From positions 115,568,001 through 115,632,000 of the forward strand of contig OZ024740.1 of assembly GCA_964016885.1 (NCBI GenBank): a stretch of DNA of 64,000 bases, in the 5' to 3' direction. The notes under the pieces were generated by a model, which saw only the letters and a list, made by a program, of their open reading frames with translations, made no database searches and had not been told where the DNA came from. The position numbers and the translations under genes are program-made. Below are positions 39,196-52,687 of the stretch, piece by piece (within the stretch, counting starts at the first letter, position 1; each line of letters opens with the position of its first letter). The stretch is from Eledone cirrhosa (taxonomy: Eukaryota).

Positions 39196-42100
39196 TCTTT
39201 GAGTCTCAGTCATTGATGTTAGTTAACTGGAAATGTTTGTTGAAATGAATATCAAGCCACTACCTGCAGCCTCAGATATTCAGGACGTATCGGAGGGTTC
39301 TTGCTGTTCCCAGCAACCATGCCTTTTGAAGCGTTCCAAAAAGCGTGAAGGGGCCAATTTTCTTTAACCATCCCTGGAAACTTTTTGAGATAGTCCCTAG
39401 TGTGCCTATGACAATCGGGATCACTTTGACTTCATGGTAGTTCCAAATCCTTTTTACCTCCCACTTTAAGTCCTGGTATCGGTTAATTTTCTCCGTCTCC
39501 TTCTCTTGCACTCTCGTGTCGAAGGGGCAGGCCACATCCACAATCAGGCACGATCTTTTTTCTTTGTCCACAACCACCAGGTCAGGTCTATTGTGTTCCA
39601 GTTTCTTGTCCGTCTGTATCCTAAAATCCCACAGCACCTTCACCTGATCATTTTCTATCACCGCCTCTGGCTTATGCTCATACCACTTCTCAGAGTGTGG
39701 TAAATTGTTTACTTTGCATAGGTGCCAGTGGATCACCCTGCCCATCACATCATGTCTCCAGCCCTTATAGTGAGTCTGGGCTAGGTGTTTACACTCGGAT
39801 ACAATGTGAGCCACAGTCTCCTCTCTCTCTCTCCACAGATCCTGCACAGTGGGCTAGTCTCCTCCTTGTAAATATGGTGTTTCAACCACTTCGTTTTGAG
39901 GGCCTGCTCCTGCGCAGCCATTAACATTCCTTCTGTAGCCTTTTTAAGGTCTCCTCTTTTCAACCAGTTCCATGTCTGTGGATCTCTAAATTCAGTTTTC
40001 TCAAAGAAGGTACTATGAAGGGATTTTTCCTGAAGACTGCTCTTTCTCCTTGATGTTATTTCCTCCTTGGACATCCCCTGGCCTATTGTCCCCTCCTTCA
40101 GTACAGTTCTGGGCATTGGCTCCTTACTATCAGTCACGTATTTGTGTAGGTTGTTTTTCTCCATCTGAACACAGTCCTCTATGCTGATAAGACCTCTTCC
40201 ACCTTCAGATCTCCTTAAGTAGAGTCTATCGACATCACTCCTCTTGTGGAACATGTTGTAGATAGTCAATAACTTCCTAGTCTTCCTATCCATTTCTTTT
40301 TGTTCAGCAACATTCCATCTCAGAATTCCCGCACTGTACCTAATAATAGATACAGCTCGGGAATTTACTGCACTTATGGCATTCTTACTGTTCAGATGTG
40401 ACTTTAATACGCTCCCTACTCTCCGAATGTATTCAGTTCTTATCAATTCCTTCATTTTTTTTGTTCTTGAGTTCATCAGCCTCCAGAACGCCCAAATACT
40501 TGTATCCTTCTTCAGAGTCAATTTCCTTTATCATCTCACCTGTTGGTACCTGGATTCCGTTACTTCTGCTCAACTTACCCCTCTTCATCACAATGACTCC
40601 ACACTTACTAATACCAAATTGCATACATATATCATTGCTGAAAATACGGACAGTGTCAACAAGCACATCCAACTCCTTCTCACTCTTCCCGAAGAGCTTA
40701 AGATCGTCCATGAAGAGGAGGTGATTGATGGTAAGCCCTCCCTTTCCCAGCCTGTATCCTGCTCTCACTTTTCGCAGTACACTGGTCAGGGGCATCAGGG
40801 CAAGGACAAACAACAGAGGGGACAGACTATCTCCCTGGAAGATACCTCTCTTAATCTTCACGCTTCCCAAGGATTCTCCAGTTGATGTTAACTCTGTTTC
40901 CCAGGACTTCATACTTTTGCCCAACAACTGTCTGATGTTATCTGCCACCTTGAAGATCTCCAGGCTTTTGGTGATCCAAGAATGAGGCACCATGTCAAAT
41001 GCCTTTTTGTAGTCTATCCATCCCATGGCAAGACCAGTGTGTCTCCTCTTGCAAGTCCTCATTACCATCTTATCAATAAGTAACTGGTCCTTTGTACCAC
41101 GTGACTCCTTTCTGTTCGTCCGGTAACAAGTTGTTTGTGTGGAGGTGATGGTAGATTTCCTCAGACATAATGCTTGTCAACAGTTTCCACATTACGGACA
41201 GACATGTGATAGGTCTATTGTTGGTAACATCATTACCCTTAATTCGGTCTTTCATTATCAGAACTGTGGTACCTTTTGTCAACCACTCTGGTACCTCACC
41301 TGACATCAAGCAGTCATTGAACATGGTTGTCAGTTTCGGGTGGAGGGATGTTATATGTTTAATCCAATACCCCTGCACACCATTTGGGCCTGGTGATTTC
41401 CAGTTGGTTAGTTTTTTGGCCTGCCCCTTAAGAGTTTCAACTGTGATACTCAAATCCGTTTGTTGGTGTGCCTGTTCACTAATCTCCTTTTGTACTGTCT
41501 CAATCCACACTGCCTGGTCATTATGTTTAACATCCTGCTCCCATATTCCTCTCCAGAATGTTTTAGTTTGTTCCGCCTCAGGGATCAAGTCGTTGCCTCT
41601 TTCTTTCCCTTCAAGCTGTCCAAACAGCATCTTCTGGTTGTTGTCGAACATGCGGTTCTGTCTATACTGACTGACTCTGTTCTCGTATCGCCTGATTTTT
41701 GCATTCTTTGCTACAATGCGTTGCTTCAGTTCCTCTATGATAATATTTAGCTTCTTCCTCCTAGTTTTGTACTTTATTTCCAGTCTATTTTTAGTGTCTA
41801 TGTTTTTTAGTGTCCCATTCAGTAGGGACTCAAGCTTTCAAACGTCATTTCTCATTTCCCTGATTTGACCACTCAGTCGTTTCTTCCACCAAGGCTCTGC
41901 TCTTTCTTGTCTGTTGTTTCCTCTCGCTTTTATACCAAGTAGTTTCCTCACCGTATTTTCTGTTGCTTTGAGGATATTGTTGCACTGGTGAAGGCTCCTC
42001 GTCTCAAGGTATGGGATGACTTTGTTTACCTTAGCTGTTGTTTCTTTTAATTTTTTACTGTCTACAAATCTTAGGTTCATAGGTTTCCCACTATCATTGT

Positions 42101-43318
42101 TCAATTCATCTACCACTAAGTTTAGGATATCAACCAAATCTTGTCCTAGACCGTCAGCATTCATCTCCTCAGTGGCCGTATCTCTGTTCCAGGTATTATT
42201 TATTTCAGCATTCAGAACATTGTCTGCTTCGGGTGGTTCCTCCGTTCTCTCGACCTCTTCACCTTCATTTCCCACTGGCTCGTTTGCCTGGCATACTCCA
42301 CTCTCCATCTCCAGGCTAATCTCTCTACTCAGTTCCTCCAGTTCCAGCTCGCTTATCCACCCATTAGTTCTTATTACCCGAGCCTGCCCGGCCAATTTTT
42401 GTTCATCTAATTTAAATAGACCAATCTCGTTCCAGATGTTATGCATCCGTTTCCTATAGCCTTTCTCCTTGGGGTTACTCTTCAGGTAACATCGCATAAC
42501 AGTTCTATTCAATTCTTTCGTCCAGTTGGTTCTGGTCCCTTTCCTTCTTCTTCTTCCTCCGACACCAGCAGTATTTGGTTGACAGCCAGGTCCCTGCTGC
42601 TGAGCCAGGGAGCACCTGTTGGGTGAGAGTCTGTCACATGACATTCTAGTCTCCATTTCACCGTTATTCGAACTGTTTAGGTTCGACATTTAAACACTCT
42701 TATCGAGGATTGGCGAATGTATGGTTACATAACCACCGGTGATTTCATAACCTCCGGTGGTTTCGTCACTCCACGTGATTTTTGTGTGGCATTATCACGC
42801 TGTAGACGAACATAAATAAACAAACAAACAAACAGGCAAAAAAAAAACCCAGAATGAATAAGCATATGTTTCATTGTAATGTAGTGTTTGAATGTCTGAC
42901 TTAGTTTTTCCCTTCCCTTCTCTGTCTGTCTCTTTGTTTTTCTCTTCATTTTTCTTTTCTTTACGCTTTTCGTTGTTGCTGTGCTGCTTTGATTTTTATT
43001 TTTGTTTTTTTATTTTGACCGGGTCATCAATTCAGTCTATTTATATATTTTGATGCCTTCCTCTTTTAGTGGGGATTCTACGATGTAGCAGGGGGTAGCG
43101 GGAGAGAATAGCGGCGGTAGTGATAATGAGGCAGTGGTGGTGGTGGCGGTGCTATGCTAGCAGCAACAAGCAGGGGTAGTGGGAGAGAATAGCGGCGGTA
43201 GCGATAATGAGGCAGTGGTGGTGGTGATGTGATCGTAGTACTGTAGTGATGGTGTTGAAGTTGGAGTAGAAATAGCGGTTGAGTCGACTTGACCAGAGTT
43301 TTCATCGTGGTAGTGGTG

Positions 43319-43320
<2 letters not shown>
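39195..43320 (-). mobile_element. R4/Dong-like RLE non-LTR retrotransposon B, near full length
   Basis: Bounded by (TAA)n at both ends; family distinct from A. Confidence 0.88.
39272..42689 (-). pseudogene. RT + CCHC + RLE ORF of element B (frameshifted)
   Basis: [67 protein letters not shown]. Confidence 0.92.
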
Positions 43321-43357
<37 letters not shown>

Positions 43358-43383
43358 GTTATTATTATTATTATTATTATCAT

Positions 43384-43673
43384 TCTTTGAGTCTCAGTCA
43401 TTGATGTTATTTAATTGGAAAGTTTGTTGAAATGAATATCAAGCCGCTACCTGCAGCCTCAGATATTCAGGGCGTATCGGAGGCTTCTTGCTGTTCCCAG
43501 CAAGCATACCTTTTGAAGTGTTCCAAAAAGCGAGGCTGGACAAATCTTCTTTAACCATCCTTGGAAACTCTTTGAGATAATACCTAGTGCGCCTATGACA
43601 ATCGGGACGACCTTGATTTCATGTCAGTTCCAAATCCTTTTTAACTCCCACTTTAAGTCCTGGTATCGGTTAA
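43384..43673 (-). mobile_element. 5'-truncated copy of family B
   Basis: Aligns to 39196-39486 with substitutions; flanked by (ATT)n. Confidence 0.9.
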
Positions 43674-43674
43674 A

Positions 43675-43706
<32 letters not shown>

Positions 43707-43708
<2 letters not shown>

Positions 43709-43797
43709 TGAGTCTCAGTCATTGATGTTAGTTAACTGGAAAGTTTGTTGAAATGAATATCAAGCCACTACCTGCAGCCTCAGATATTCAGGACGTA
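43707..43797 (-). mobile_element. Very short 5'-truncated copy of family B
   Basis: Aligns to 39198-39289; flanked by (ATT)n. Confidence 0.9.
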
Positions 43798-43830
<33 letters not shown>

Positions 43831-44047
43831 GGCGACCTACGTACTAAATCGTATCATCGTGAGCTCCGCAAAGGTTTGTTATTTTCAGTTATTTAAAATT
43901 GCCATTTATGAAAAATTTTTATTGTTAACTATATATAAGTGCACATACATTGATTTCTGAAAAGGACACTCAAAAATATTGGGGCCTTGAGCCCAAAATT
44001 TAAACTTTTTATAATTATCAAACAAAAAATGTTTTCTTTGAAAAATA

Positions 44048-46005
44048 ATGGATGACTCCGATTCACTCCTTCCTCACAATCCAACACCTCACACCGACAC
44101 CACCATTGTAAACATTGCTACGTTTGCCAACACTGGAATTGTAAGCAGTAGCAATATTTTAAATTTGTCTCAGGCAGACGTTCATTTCCCGCCATTACCA
44201 ATGACTGCAGGTGTTAAAGCCGCCACCACCATCACCACCACCACGACAACCACCACCCCCACCACCACAACCACCACCACCACCACCACCACAGCGACAA
44301 CAGAAACAAAAGAAAAAAAATAAATTAACTCATGATATCGAAATTAATTCAACCAAAATGAACTATTCCACACCAAACACCACTGACGCCACCACCACCA
44401 CAACTGAAACTAAAATTAACAATAGCAAAAATAACGATAACAACAACAGCAACAATGAAATTAAGAAAACTACCCTGAGTTTTGCCAGAGTAGCAAAAAC
44501 GTGCGAAGCGATTCAGGTAACTCAGGAAGAATTAGACGAAACCAAAGGAATGGTAAAGAAAGATGGGTGCAGGGTCAGTCTCACCCCCACCCCCCACCCC
44601 CACACCTAATAAAATGGACAATAAACATAAAATCGCGCCGAGTGGAACGGGCATCTGAGTCCCAAATCCAAAAAGCTCTAGGACATGTGTGGGCAAAAAA
44701 AACCAACATCAGACGTGGGCAGTAGTATGGAACCGTGGACGTGTTCTTTGAAACACCACAGGAGGCCAGAGAACACTCCATGGCCCCATTAAGCAGTGAC
44801 GACTTCACACTCATCCCAAGCTATTGTGGCCAGAGACTTGTGAAGATCAGGGTGACCCACGTTCCACTGGCCATCGAAATTCCCTGGCTAATGGCTGCCG
44901 TCCTCGCCGGCATCGAGGCCAACACCAAAATAGTAGAAATAGCAAAAGAAAAGCAGGAGAACTGGTCCGGATCTGGGATGGAGCTCCTGATCCAAGCGGA
45001 GCATAAAAGCATTGAAGAGATCCCAGAGGTAATAGACCTCACTGACGGCAGCCACCTCACCGTAATCGTCGAGGGCAGAAGACCTAGGTGTGTCGTTTGT
45101 GGTGAAGGAACCCACCTAAGGGCTTTCTGCCCTCAGGCTGAAAGGTTGAGGCCACCTCTCTTACCCACCCCAGTGACTCAACCATCAACACCACGAGCAG
45201 CAGAAATAGCAGCAACAACTGTAGCAGCAACAACAGAAGCAACTGTAACAGCAACAACCTCAGCAACAGTAGCAAAACCAACACCACCACCACCCAACGC
45301 TCCAGAACTAGCACCAGCGCCTACACCATCCACCACGCCACAACCAAAACCAACGCCTGTTGAGGATTTTCCACTCCCCGGCTTATCGCAACTGGACACA
45401 GATTGTGACGACGAGGAGTGGAAAACGGTATCAGGAAAAAAGAAAAAAAAAGAAACCAAAAAAGAAAAAATTCTCTTTCTTCCCCCTCAAAAAACAAAAT
45501 ACAGAGGGAAACAAATAAATTGTCGAACAAGAAAGTTAAGACAGATATGCCACCATCCACACCAGCATCACCAACCCCATCACCACAAACACCAACACCA
45601 TCATTAACCCCAACACCACCATCACCAACACCACAAAAGTCACCAAAAAGCGTAACAGAAACAAACCCACAACAAACGCAAACAAAACAAAACAACCAAA
45701 ACGATACACACTACACAGCATTAAATTTGAACAACAACCAATTATTACACTACATGCAACACAACACCAGCATCACACAAAAAGACAACACAACAACCCA
45801 AAAGTTCACACCACCTCCACACATACAAATCACTTGCATCACACAGAAAACGTACACGACACTAAAACAAAAATTCCCCAAAGACATCGGAGACTTCCGA
45901 CAAACACTCTCCAGGAGGATTTATAATAAGGACATCCTTCCGGAGGAGGCCACAAGCAGTGAAAAGGATGGACAAACCATCCTTCCTCTACGAGAAGTAA
46001 GGTAA
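44048..46005 (+). pseudogene. Tx1-A ORF1 (gag-like, CCHC zinc knuckle), disrupted
   Basis: SFARVAK, VEGRRPRCVVCGEGTHLRAFC, EWKTVSGKKK; frameshifts in A runs. Confidence 0.8.
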
Positions 46006-46039
46006 GTGGTCTTTCCCATCTTTTCCACTCCATTTCAAC

Positions 46040-49000
46040 ATGACCTCACTCAGAATAGGCAGCATAAATGCGCGTGGCTTGGGGTCGTCATGGAAGCAGG
46101 GCCACCTGCTCAACGACCTCAGGTCACTAAACATAGATGTAGTGGCCATCAGCGAGACCAGAATCTCCGAAGCACGGGCCTTCGCACCGATCTTCGGCGG
46201 CTACGATGCGTATGCATCTCCCAGCCGTCCGGGATCGGGGGGGAGGAGTTGCTGTGCTTTTTCCGAGAGGTTTGGATCTCGCCATACGGGCCATCTTCCT
46301 GAACCCAGAAGGTAAGTTGGTGGTGCTAGACGTGACCAGCGGAGACGGGCAAGATTTCAGGCTAGTGGCCGTCTATGCTCCGACAGGAGCAGGGCGGCCT
46401 GATTTCTTCCGGCGTCTGGAACCTTACTTGGAACGTCCGCTCTTTAGTGTTAGTGGGCGACTGGAACGGGATCTTAGATGCACGCTGGGATGTGTGAGAT
46501 TAGAGGATAGGGGAGGAGGGTGCAAGAGCCTCACCAACCTGCTCAGGCGTTTTGAACTGTCTGACAGGTATCGATTTGATATCCCGGATGTGCCAATGTG
46601 GACTTGGACAAATCGCATGGGGTCATCCAGATAATATCTAGATAGAGAATTTTGTAGAGAAATAGATAGGTCTAGCATAGGCTGTCCATAATTCAAGATA
46701 GTCAGCTACACGGACCACAAATTCGTGATCTGTGTGCTTGACTTAGATAGGCTTCATAGACGAGGATCCGGCTACTGGAAGCTAAACGCGTCCTTACCAG
46801 CGCGCAAGGCCTACAGAGAACGGATTAACGAACTAGTTGAGCCGGCGTTGACGGGGGCCATCGTCAACAACAAGTGGTGGTTTGCTCTGAAAAGAGCAAT
46901 TAGAATAGAGTCCATTAGGTTTAGTAAGGCTTTAGCAATAGAGAAAAATAGAGCAGAGGGAGAATTAGTTAGAAAATTAGATGAGGTGCTTAGCAAAGGC
47001 ATCGCGACCGACGTGCTTGCGGCGAAATTGGCCCTTGACCAATTCTTCAATGCAAAGACACGAGGGGACGAAAGCCGTTCAATGGGCCTGAGTGACGGAG
47101 GCGCATCGTGGCAACAAAGCCACGATCCGGTCTTTGGTGGACCACGATGGGCGCATGCTACTCGTTCCCGGGCTAATGTGTGAAGCTTTTCAGCGACACT
47201 TCGCTCAGTTGTTCGGGGGCAGCGGCGGGCCGGATCGAGGGATGGACTTTAGTGTCTACCTCGACGGACTGCCGCGGCTCTCGGCCACTGAGGCGGAGTG
47301 TTGCGAAAAGCCGATAACAGCCGCTGAAGTACGGGAGGCAATGTCTAGCTGCACAAGGGGTAAATCGCTTGGTTTGGATGGTCTGCCCTATGAACTTTAC
47401 GTACAGATGCCAGACTTGTTCGGAGGCCTCTTGGCGGACGTCTACTGCAAATGGCAACAGAACGGGAGAATTCACAGCTCTGTGAGCCGAGGAGCTGTGG
47501 AGCTGTTGAGAAAGGATCCGAACAAGGGGAATAACATAGATAATTTTAGGCCCATAACTCTGCTAAACACAGAGTTCATGATTTTGGCCAAGGTGCTAGC
47601 AAAGAGGTTGGCGCTTGTCGTTGGTGATCTCGTGGGAGAGGCGCAGACATGCGCCATTCCCTACAGATCCATCCACGACAACCACCACCTCATGCGATAC
47701 ATCGTAGAGATGGTAGCTATGGAACCTGGCACGAGTGGGTCCTTGATCAATTTAGATCAGTCGAAAGCTTTCGATAGGGTCGACCATCGTTACCTAGCGG
47801 CAGTCCTGAGGGCGGCTGGCTTTGGGCCCGTCTTCAGAGGCTGGATCGCTGCCATGAACAGCGACATCTGCTCTGTGGTGAGAGTGAACGGTCACCTTTC
47901 GGAACCGTTCAACATCATGCGCTCGGTCCGCCAAGGATGTCCCCTCTCGTCCCTCTTGTACGTATTGACTCTCGAGCCATTACTGCACAAACTGGAGACG
48001 TTGAGGGGGGTCCCGCGTGAACTAGGATGCGGAAGATCCGTGTCAGCATATGCGGACGATGTCACCGTAGTGGTGTCGAACGCCAAACACATCGAGGCGA
48101 TCGTCACTACACTAAGAGAATACGAAGCGGTGACAGGAGCAATGATCAACCAGGAAAAGTCAGTGGGCCTGCAGCTCGGCACCTGGAGAGGCAGGTCTAT
48201 GCCGTTCAACAGCGTCGTCGGGCGCTGGACGGACGGACCGGTTAAATTGCTAGGGGTCTGGTTCGGTCCGGATCTCCAGACGGACAAAAACTGGGACGAG
48301 GTGACGAGCAGGGTGGCTTCTCTCACCCAGAAATGGGCCGAGAGGAAGCTATCCCTGAAAGGTCGAGCGAAGGTGGCTAACGCGTATATCGCGTCCGTCA
48401 TCTACTACCGCCTGACCGTCGTACCTTGTCCTAAGCCCCGCCTGACTGCGCTGGAGCGTTTGCTCTTTCGCTTTTTGTGGAAGGGACGCGCTCCGGTGGT
48501 CAGGCGGTCCATCTGCTGTCAACACCCGCTACGTGGAGGGCTGGGTATGCCGTGGCTGATGATGCGCAGACACTCGCTCAGGCTACGACATCTCCACCTC
48601 TTCCTCGACGGTGATCAGGTGTGGTCTCCGTTTGCTAGACACGTCTTTCCCCAGCTCGTCTCCTTGACGGAGCTGCAGTCCTGGGTCAAGCGAAGACCGA
48701 GAGGGAACGCTTGGAGACTGGAATGTCTTCAGGCGCTCACAGCCCTCGACCAATCGGGCAATGTGATCGGTGGAAACTCCACCTTGGCGTTCTATAGAGG
48801 ATTAGTGGAGGGGAAGAGCGACGAAGTACTTGGGGAAACTCTAGGCGTCGACGAAAATCAACTAGCCAATCTCTTCGGAAGAACTTTCGGGCCGGGGCCT
48901 ATGGACAACTTCCAGAAATCCCTGGCCTGGCAGTGCTACCGAGGAGCTTTGCCAGTTCGGGATAAACTCTACAGGCATGGAGCTGCCGTCAGCCGGGCAT

Positions 49001-49416
49001 GTCCGAGATGCACGCAGGGCGACGAAACTGTCCTGCACGCACTCGTCCAGTGTCCGAGCATTGCTGACTTGTGGGTTTATGTCGAAGACCTGCTGTCGCG
49101 TGTAGGACGGATCCAGCTATCAGCTGAGTCCATCGTGAGGATTGCCCCGCCCTCTTCCTTTAGCCGGGAAGGGCAGGCAGTTTGTATCTGTCTGGTGGCC
49201 ATGGCGAAAGAAATAGTATGGTTGACACGTTTGAAAGGGCTGAAGACGAGCACTTACCTCTTCGGTGATGCCCTGATTAACTTTTTCAAATTTCATTTGA
49301 AAAGGAAAATCAGGGTAGAAAGGGAAGTGCTCTCTTCCCAGCATTTTGTTGAAAGATGGGTGAGAGAAGCAAGAATGGCCCGAGTGAATGGGCCTACTCT
49401 GAGTATGTGTCTGTAA
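46040..49416 (+). pseudogene. Tx1-A ORF2 (APE endonuclease + RT + C-terminal zinc finger), frameshifted in its 5' third
   Basis: SINARGL..ISET, VYAP, TDH, GYWKLN, GLDGLP.E, FRPITLLN, DQSKAFDRV, RQGCPLS, AYADD, CPRC..ETVLHALVQC. Confidence 0.93.
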
Positions 49417-49663
49417 ATTAAAGGTGGAAAACTGGGAGAGGGCACTTGCCCTGGTGGTCAGGGTCACTGTGTCTTTTTAATGGACTTTCTCCACCAATGT
49501 CCCTCGGAAGTCTCCCCCCTATTGGGGAATTTTTTCATTGTTCTATTATTACATCCTCTGTTTCTTTCTTTTACACGCAGAAATGCCCATTTGTACCGCC
49601 CTGTATTGTCCTGTACTGTCCTTAATGTCTACTTTATGTAAACCCTTGTGGTTAATAAAGAAA

Positions 49664-49701
<38 letters not shown>

Positions 49702-49922
49702 ATTATTGAATGCCATGGTTGACGGAGGCTCGGCTCTGTAAGGTATAGTAATTTTTAACCACTATAACAATTGTAAATTGTTTAAAACTTGAACCAAATT
49801 GTAGATAAAAACACCCTCCTCCTCGTGAGAGGGGTCTTTCTGTCCGTTATTTGGCCTTCGGGGTTAAATAACCGTTTATTGGGGTTTTGTGCCCAATATT
49901 CATTTTAAACTGAAAAAAAAAC

Positions 49923-52063
49923 ATGGCTACAAAAAGAAATTTTCACAAGTCACTCCCACTCGTCCCGTTTTCTTCTTCCTCAATCGTCACTACATCAGAG
50001 AGAAGATTGTCTCTCTCTCTCTCTCCCTTCTCTAAATGTGGTGTCGCCTCTTTCGCAAGCGACGCCAGTAAAGAAAAAGAAAAATATAGTTTCTGGTAGC
50101 CTTCACCAAGAGCACGTGCATATCGTGGAACATTTCTCCACGACGACGACAACGACGTAAAATGTGTGCGGTAAATACGGAAAGCCATTTCATTCGTCTG
50201 ACGTCATGAAGAATAGCAGCAGCAGCCGTAATAACAGCTGCAGCAGCAACAGTGACAAGGAAAACACTAGTAGCAGCCGCAACAACATCAGCAGCAGCAT
50301 AAATAACAACAGCAGCAGCATAAATAACAACAGCAGCAGCAGCAACAGCAACCACAACAGCAGCAGCAGCAACAACAACAACCACAGCAACAGCGGCGGC
50401 AGTCGTAGTACCAGCAGCAACAACAAAAGTAAGAGCAGCTCTGACGACAACAACAACAACAACAAGAAAGAAAAACCAATCTCGTTTGCAGATATCGCAA
50501 AGAACCTGGAAACCATCCTTATAACAAATGAGGAATTACAGGAAGCAAAGAAGATGGTGACGAAAACCGGACACCGAGCAATCTGCAAGGCAGCCGAAAA
50601 ATTTTTCGAAACCCAACAGCACTGTAAGCACAAAATCCCGAAGGGTTGAAAAAGCCACAGAGGCTCAAATACAAAAAGCCTTAGGGTCTGTGTGGAAAAC
50701 GCATATCACCCGAGGCAAGAAATATGCCACCGTGGACGTGCTTTTTGCCACACCCCAGGAGGCAAAAGCTCAATCCTTAGTGACCCTAAGGAGCGAGGAA
50801 ATGGTGTTGGTGCCCTCCTACTGCGGGCAAAAAATTGTGAGGGTCAAACTTACCCACGTCCCCCCACCCGGGATGGCCCCTTCTTGGCTGGCCGCGTCTG
50901 TCATCGGCGGAATCGAGGACAAAACAACTGTACTGCAAGTACAGAAAAAAGTACTAGAAGATTGGGTCGGCACCTCCATTGAAAATTCTTAATCCAAACC
51001 AACCAGGAGTGCATCGAAGCTATCCCGGATGTGATAGACTTCGATAACGGCACTCAACTGCCTATAAGTGTTGAGGGCAAACGCCTGAAATGCTTTCGCT
51101 GTGGATCGAAGACTCACCTCAGGGCCTTCTGCAATGAGAAAACCTTGAGAAAGGAGAAAACCCCCTCCTTCCGAAACCGGCTCCAATGTTACCAGCAACA
51201 GGACAGGCGGCAACCAGGAAGAATAGGTCCGTGGCACCCATACCCACACCACGGAAATCAAGAACAGCAGCAGCAGTGGAAGTATTAACAACAACAACAG
51301 TAATACCAACTGCAGCTGCAACAGAGACTCCACTGCAAACATCACCAACAACAACAAGTGAAAGAGTGGTGCTGGTACCCCTCCCCGACCTCACAGAATC
51401 AGACATGAAGTGTGAGGTGGGAGAGGGATGGCGAAAGGTCGCAAGAAGGCACAAACGCAGAAGCAGCGTATCGTCGCCTTCGAAAAGGGAGGAAAGAAAT
51501 GAAAAAGGGGTAAAGGCTACTGCAAAGAGACTTGCAGCAACAATACCACCAACACCAACACCACCCACACTAGCACCACCATCACCACCGGCGGCAACCC
51601 TACCGCAAACAACAACACCTTCAACACCACCACCACAAGCACCAACATCGCAAACACAACAAAACACACACACCCAGCAACAACGACAAGAAAATAGCTG
51701 AACCACACCCACCCCAGAAAAACAAATGCACAGCAATAAATACACACAAGAAACTAATGACTTACATAATTGAACACAGACATTTCACAGCACGACTACA
51801 TAATACCAGCACCAATCAAAACACCAACGAACATAAGACTGGTAAGAATAGCACAGAAACAATACACAAACATTAAAACGACATTCCCTAACGCAGTTGG
51901 TGATTTCAGAGACCTAGGAGGGACACTCTACCGGAGAGTATATTCGGATATACTCACAGAAGAGCCGACGACCAGCCGAAGGGACGATTCAACGGTCCCT
52001 TCACCAGACGATCAAGTGAAAAGGGATGGAGAAACCATCCTTCCTCTACGAGAAGTAAGGTAA
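49923..52063 (+). pseudogene. Tx1-B ORF1 (CCHC zinc knuckle), disrupted
   Basis: SFADIAK, LVPSYCGQ, VEGKRLKCFRCGSKTHLRAFC, ends DGETILPLREVR*. Confidence 0.8.
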
Positions 52064-52097
52064 GTGGTCTTTCCCATCTTTTCCACTCCATTTCAAC

Positions 52098-52352
52098 ATG
52101 ACCTCACTCAGAATAGGCAGCATAAATGCGCGTGGCTTGGGGTCGTCATGGAAGCAGGGCCACCTGCTCAACGACCTCAGATCACTAAACATAGATGTAG
52201 TGGCCATCAGCGAGACCAGAATCTCCGAAGCACGGGCCTTCGCACCGATCTTCGGCGGCTACGATGTGTATGCATCTCATTTTGTTGAAAGATGGGTGAG
52301 AGAAGCAAGAATGGCCCGAGTGAATGGGCCTACTCTGAGTATGTGTCTGTAA
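52098..52352 (+). pseudogene. 84-aa in-frame fusion of the ORF2 N- and C-termini
   Basis: MTSLRIGSINARGL..DVYAS|HFVERWVREARMARVNGPTLSMCL. Confidence 0.75.
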
Positions 52353-52687
52353 ATTAAAGGTGGAAAACTGGGAGAGGGCACTTGCCCTGGTGGTCAGGGT
52401 CACTGTGGCTTTTTAATGGGCTTTCTCCACCAATGTCCCTCGGAAGTCTCCCTCCTATTGGGGAATTTTTTCATTGTTCTATTATTACATCCTCTGTTTC
52501 TTTTTTTTACACGCAGAAATGCCCATTTGTACCGCCCTGTATTGTCCTGCACTGTCCTTAGTGTCTACTTTATGTAAACCATTGTGGTTAATAAAGAAAT
52601 CATTATTATTATTATTATTATTATTATAAAAGGACGAATGGTTACGCCTTTATTACGTTTATTGGTTGGTGACGCGCATTTCGCTAC

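Larger units (their letters stand above)
43831..49707 (+). mobile_element. Tx1-like (L1 clade) LINE, copy A, full length
   Basis: ORF1 + ORF2, AATAAA, (ATT)n at both ends. Confidence 0.9.
49708..52627 (+). mobile_element. Tx1-like copy B: divergent 5' UTR/ORF1 and internally deleted ORF2
   Basis: 52022-52278 and 52279-52601 are nearly identical to 45964-46220 and 49343-49665; (ATT)n at both ends. Confidence 0.9.

Noticed and set aside
47892-48401. Antisense ORFs over LINE coding regions (also 35035-35418, 41170-41670)
   Set aside because: Shadows of the RT reading frames with no recognisable motifs
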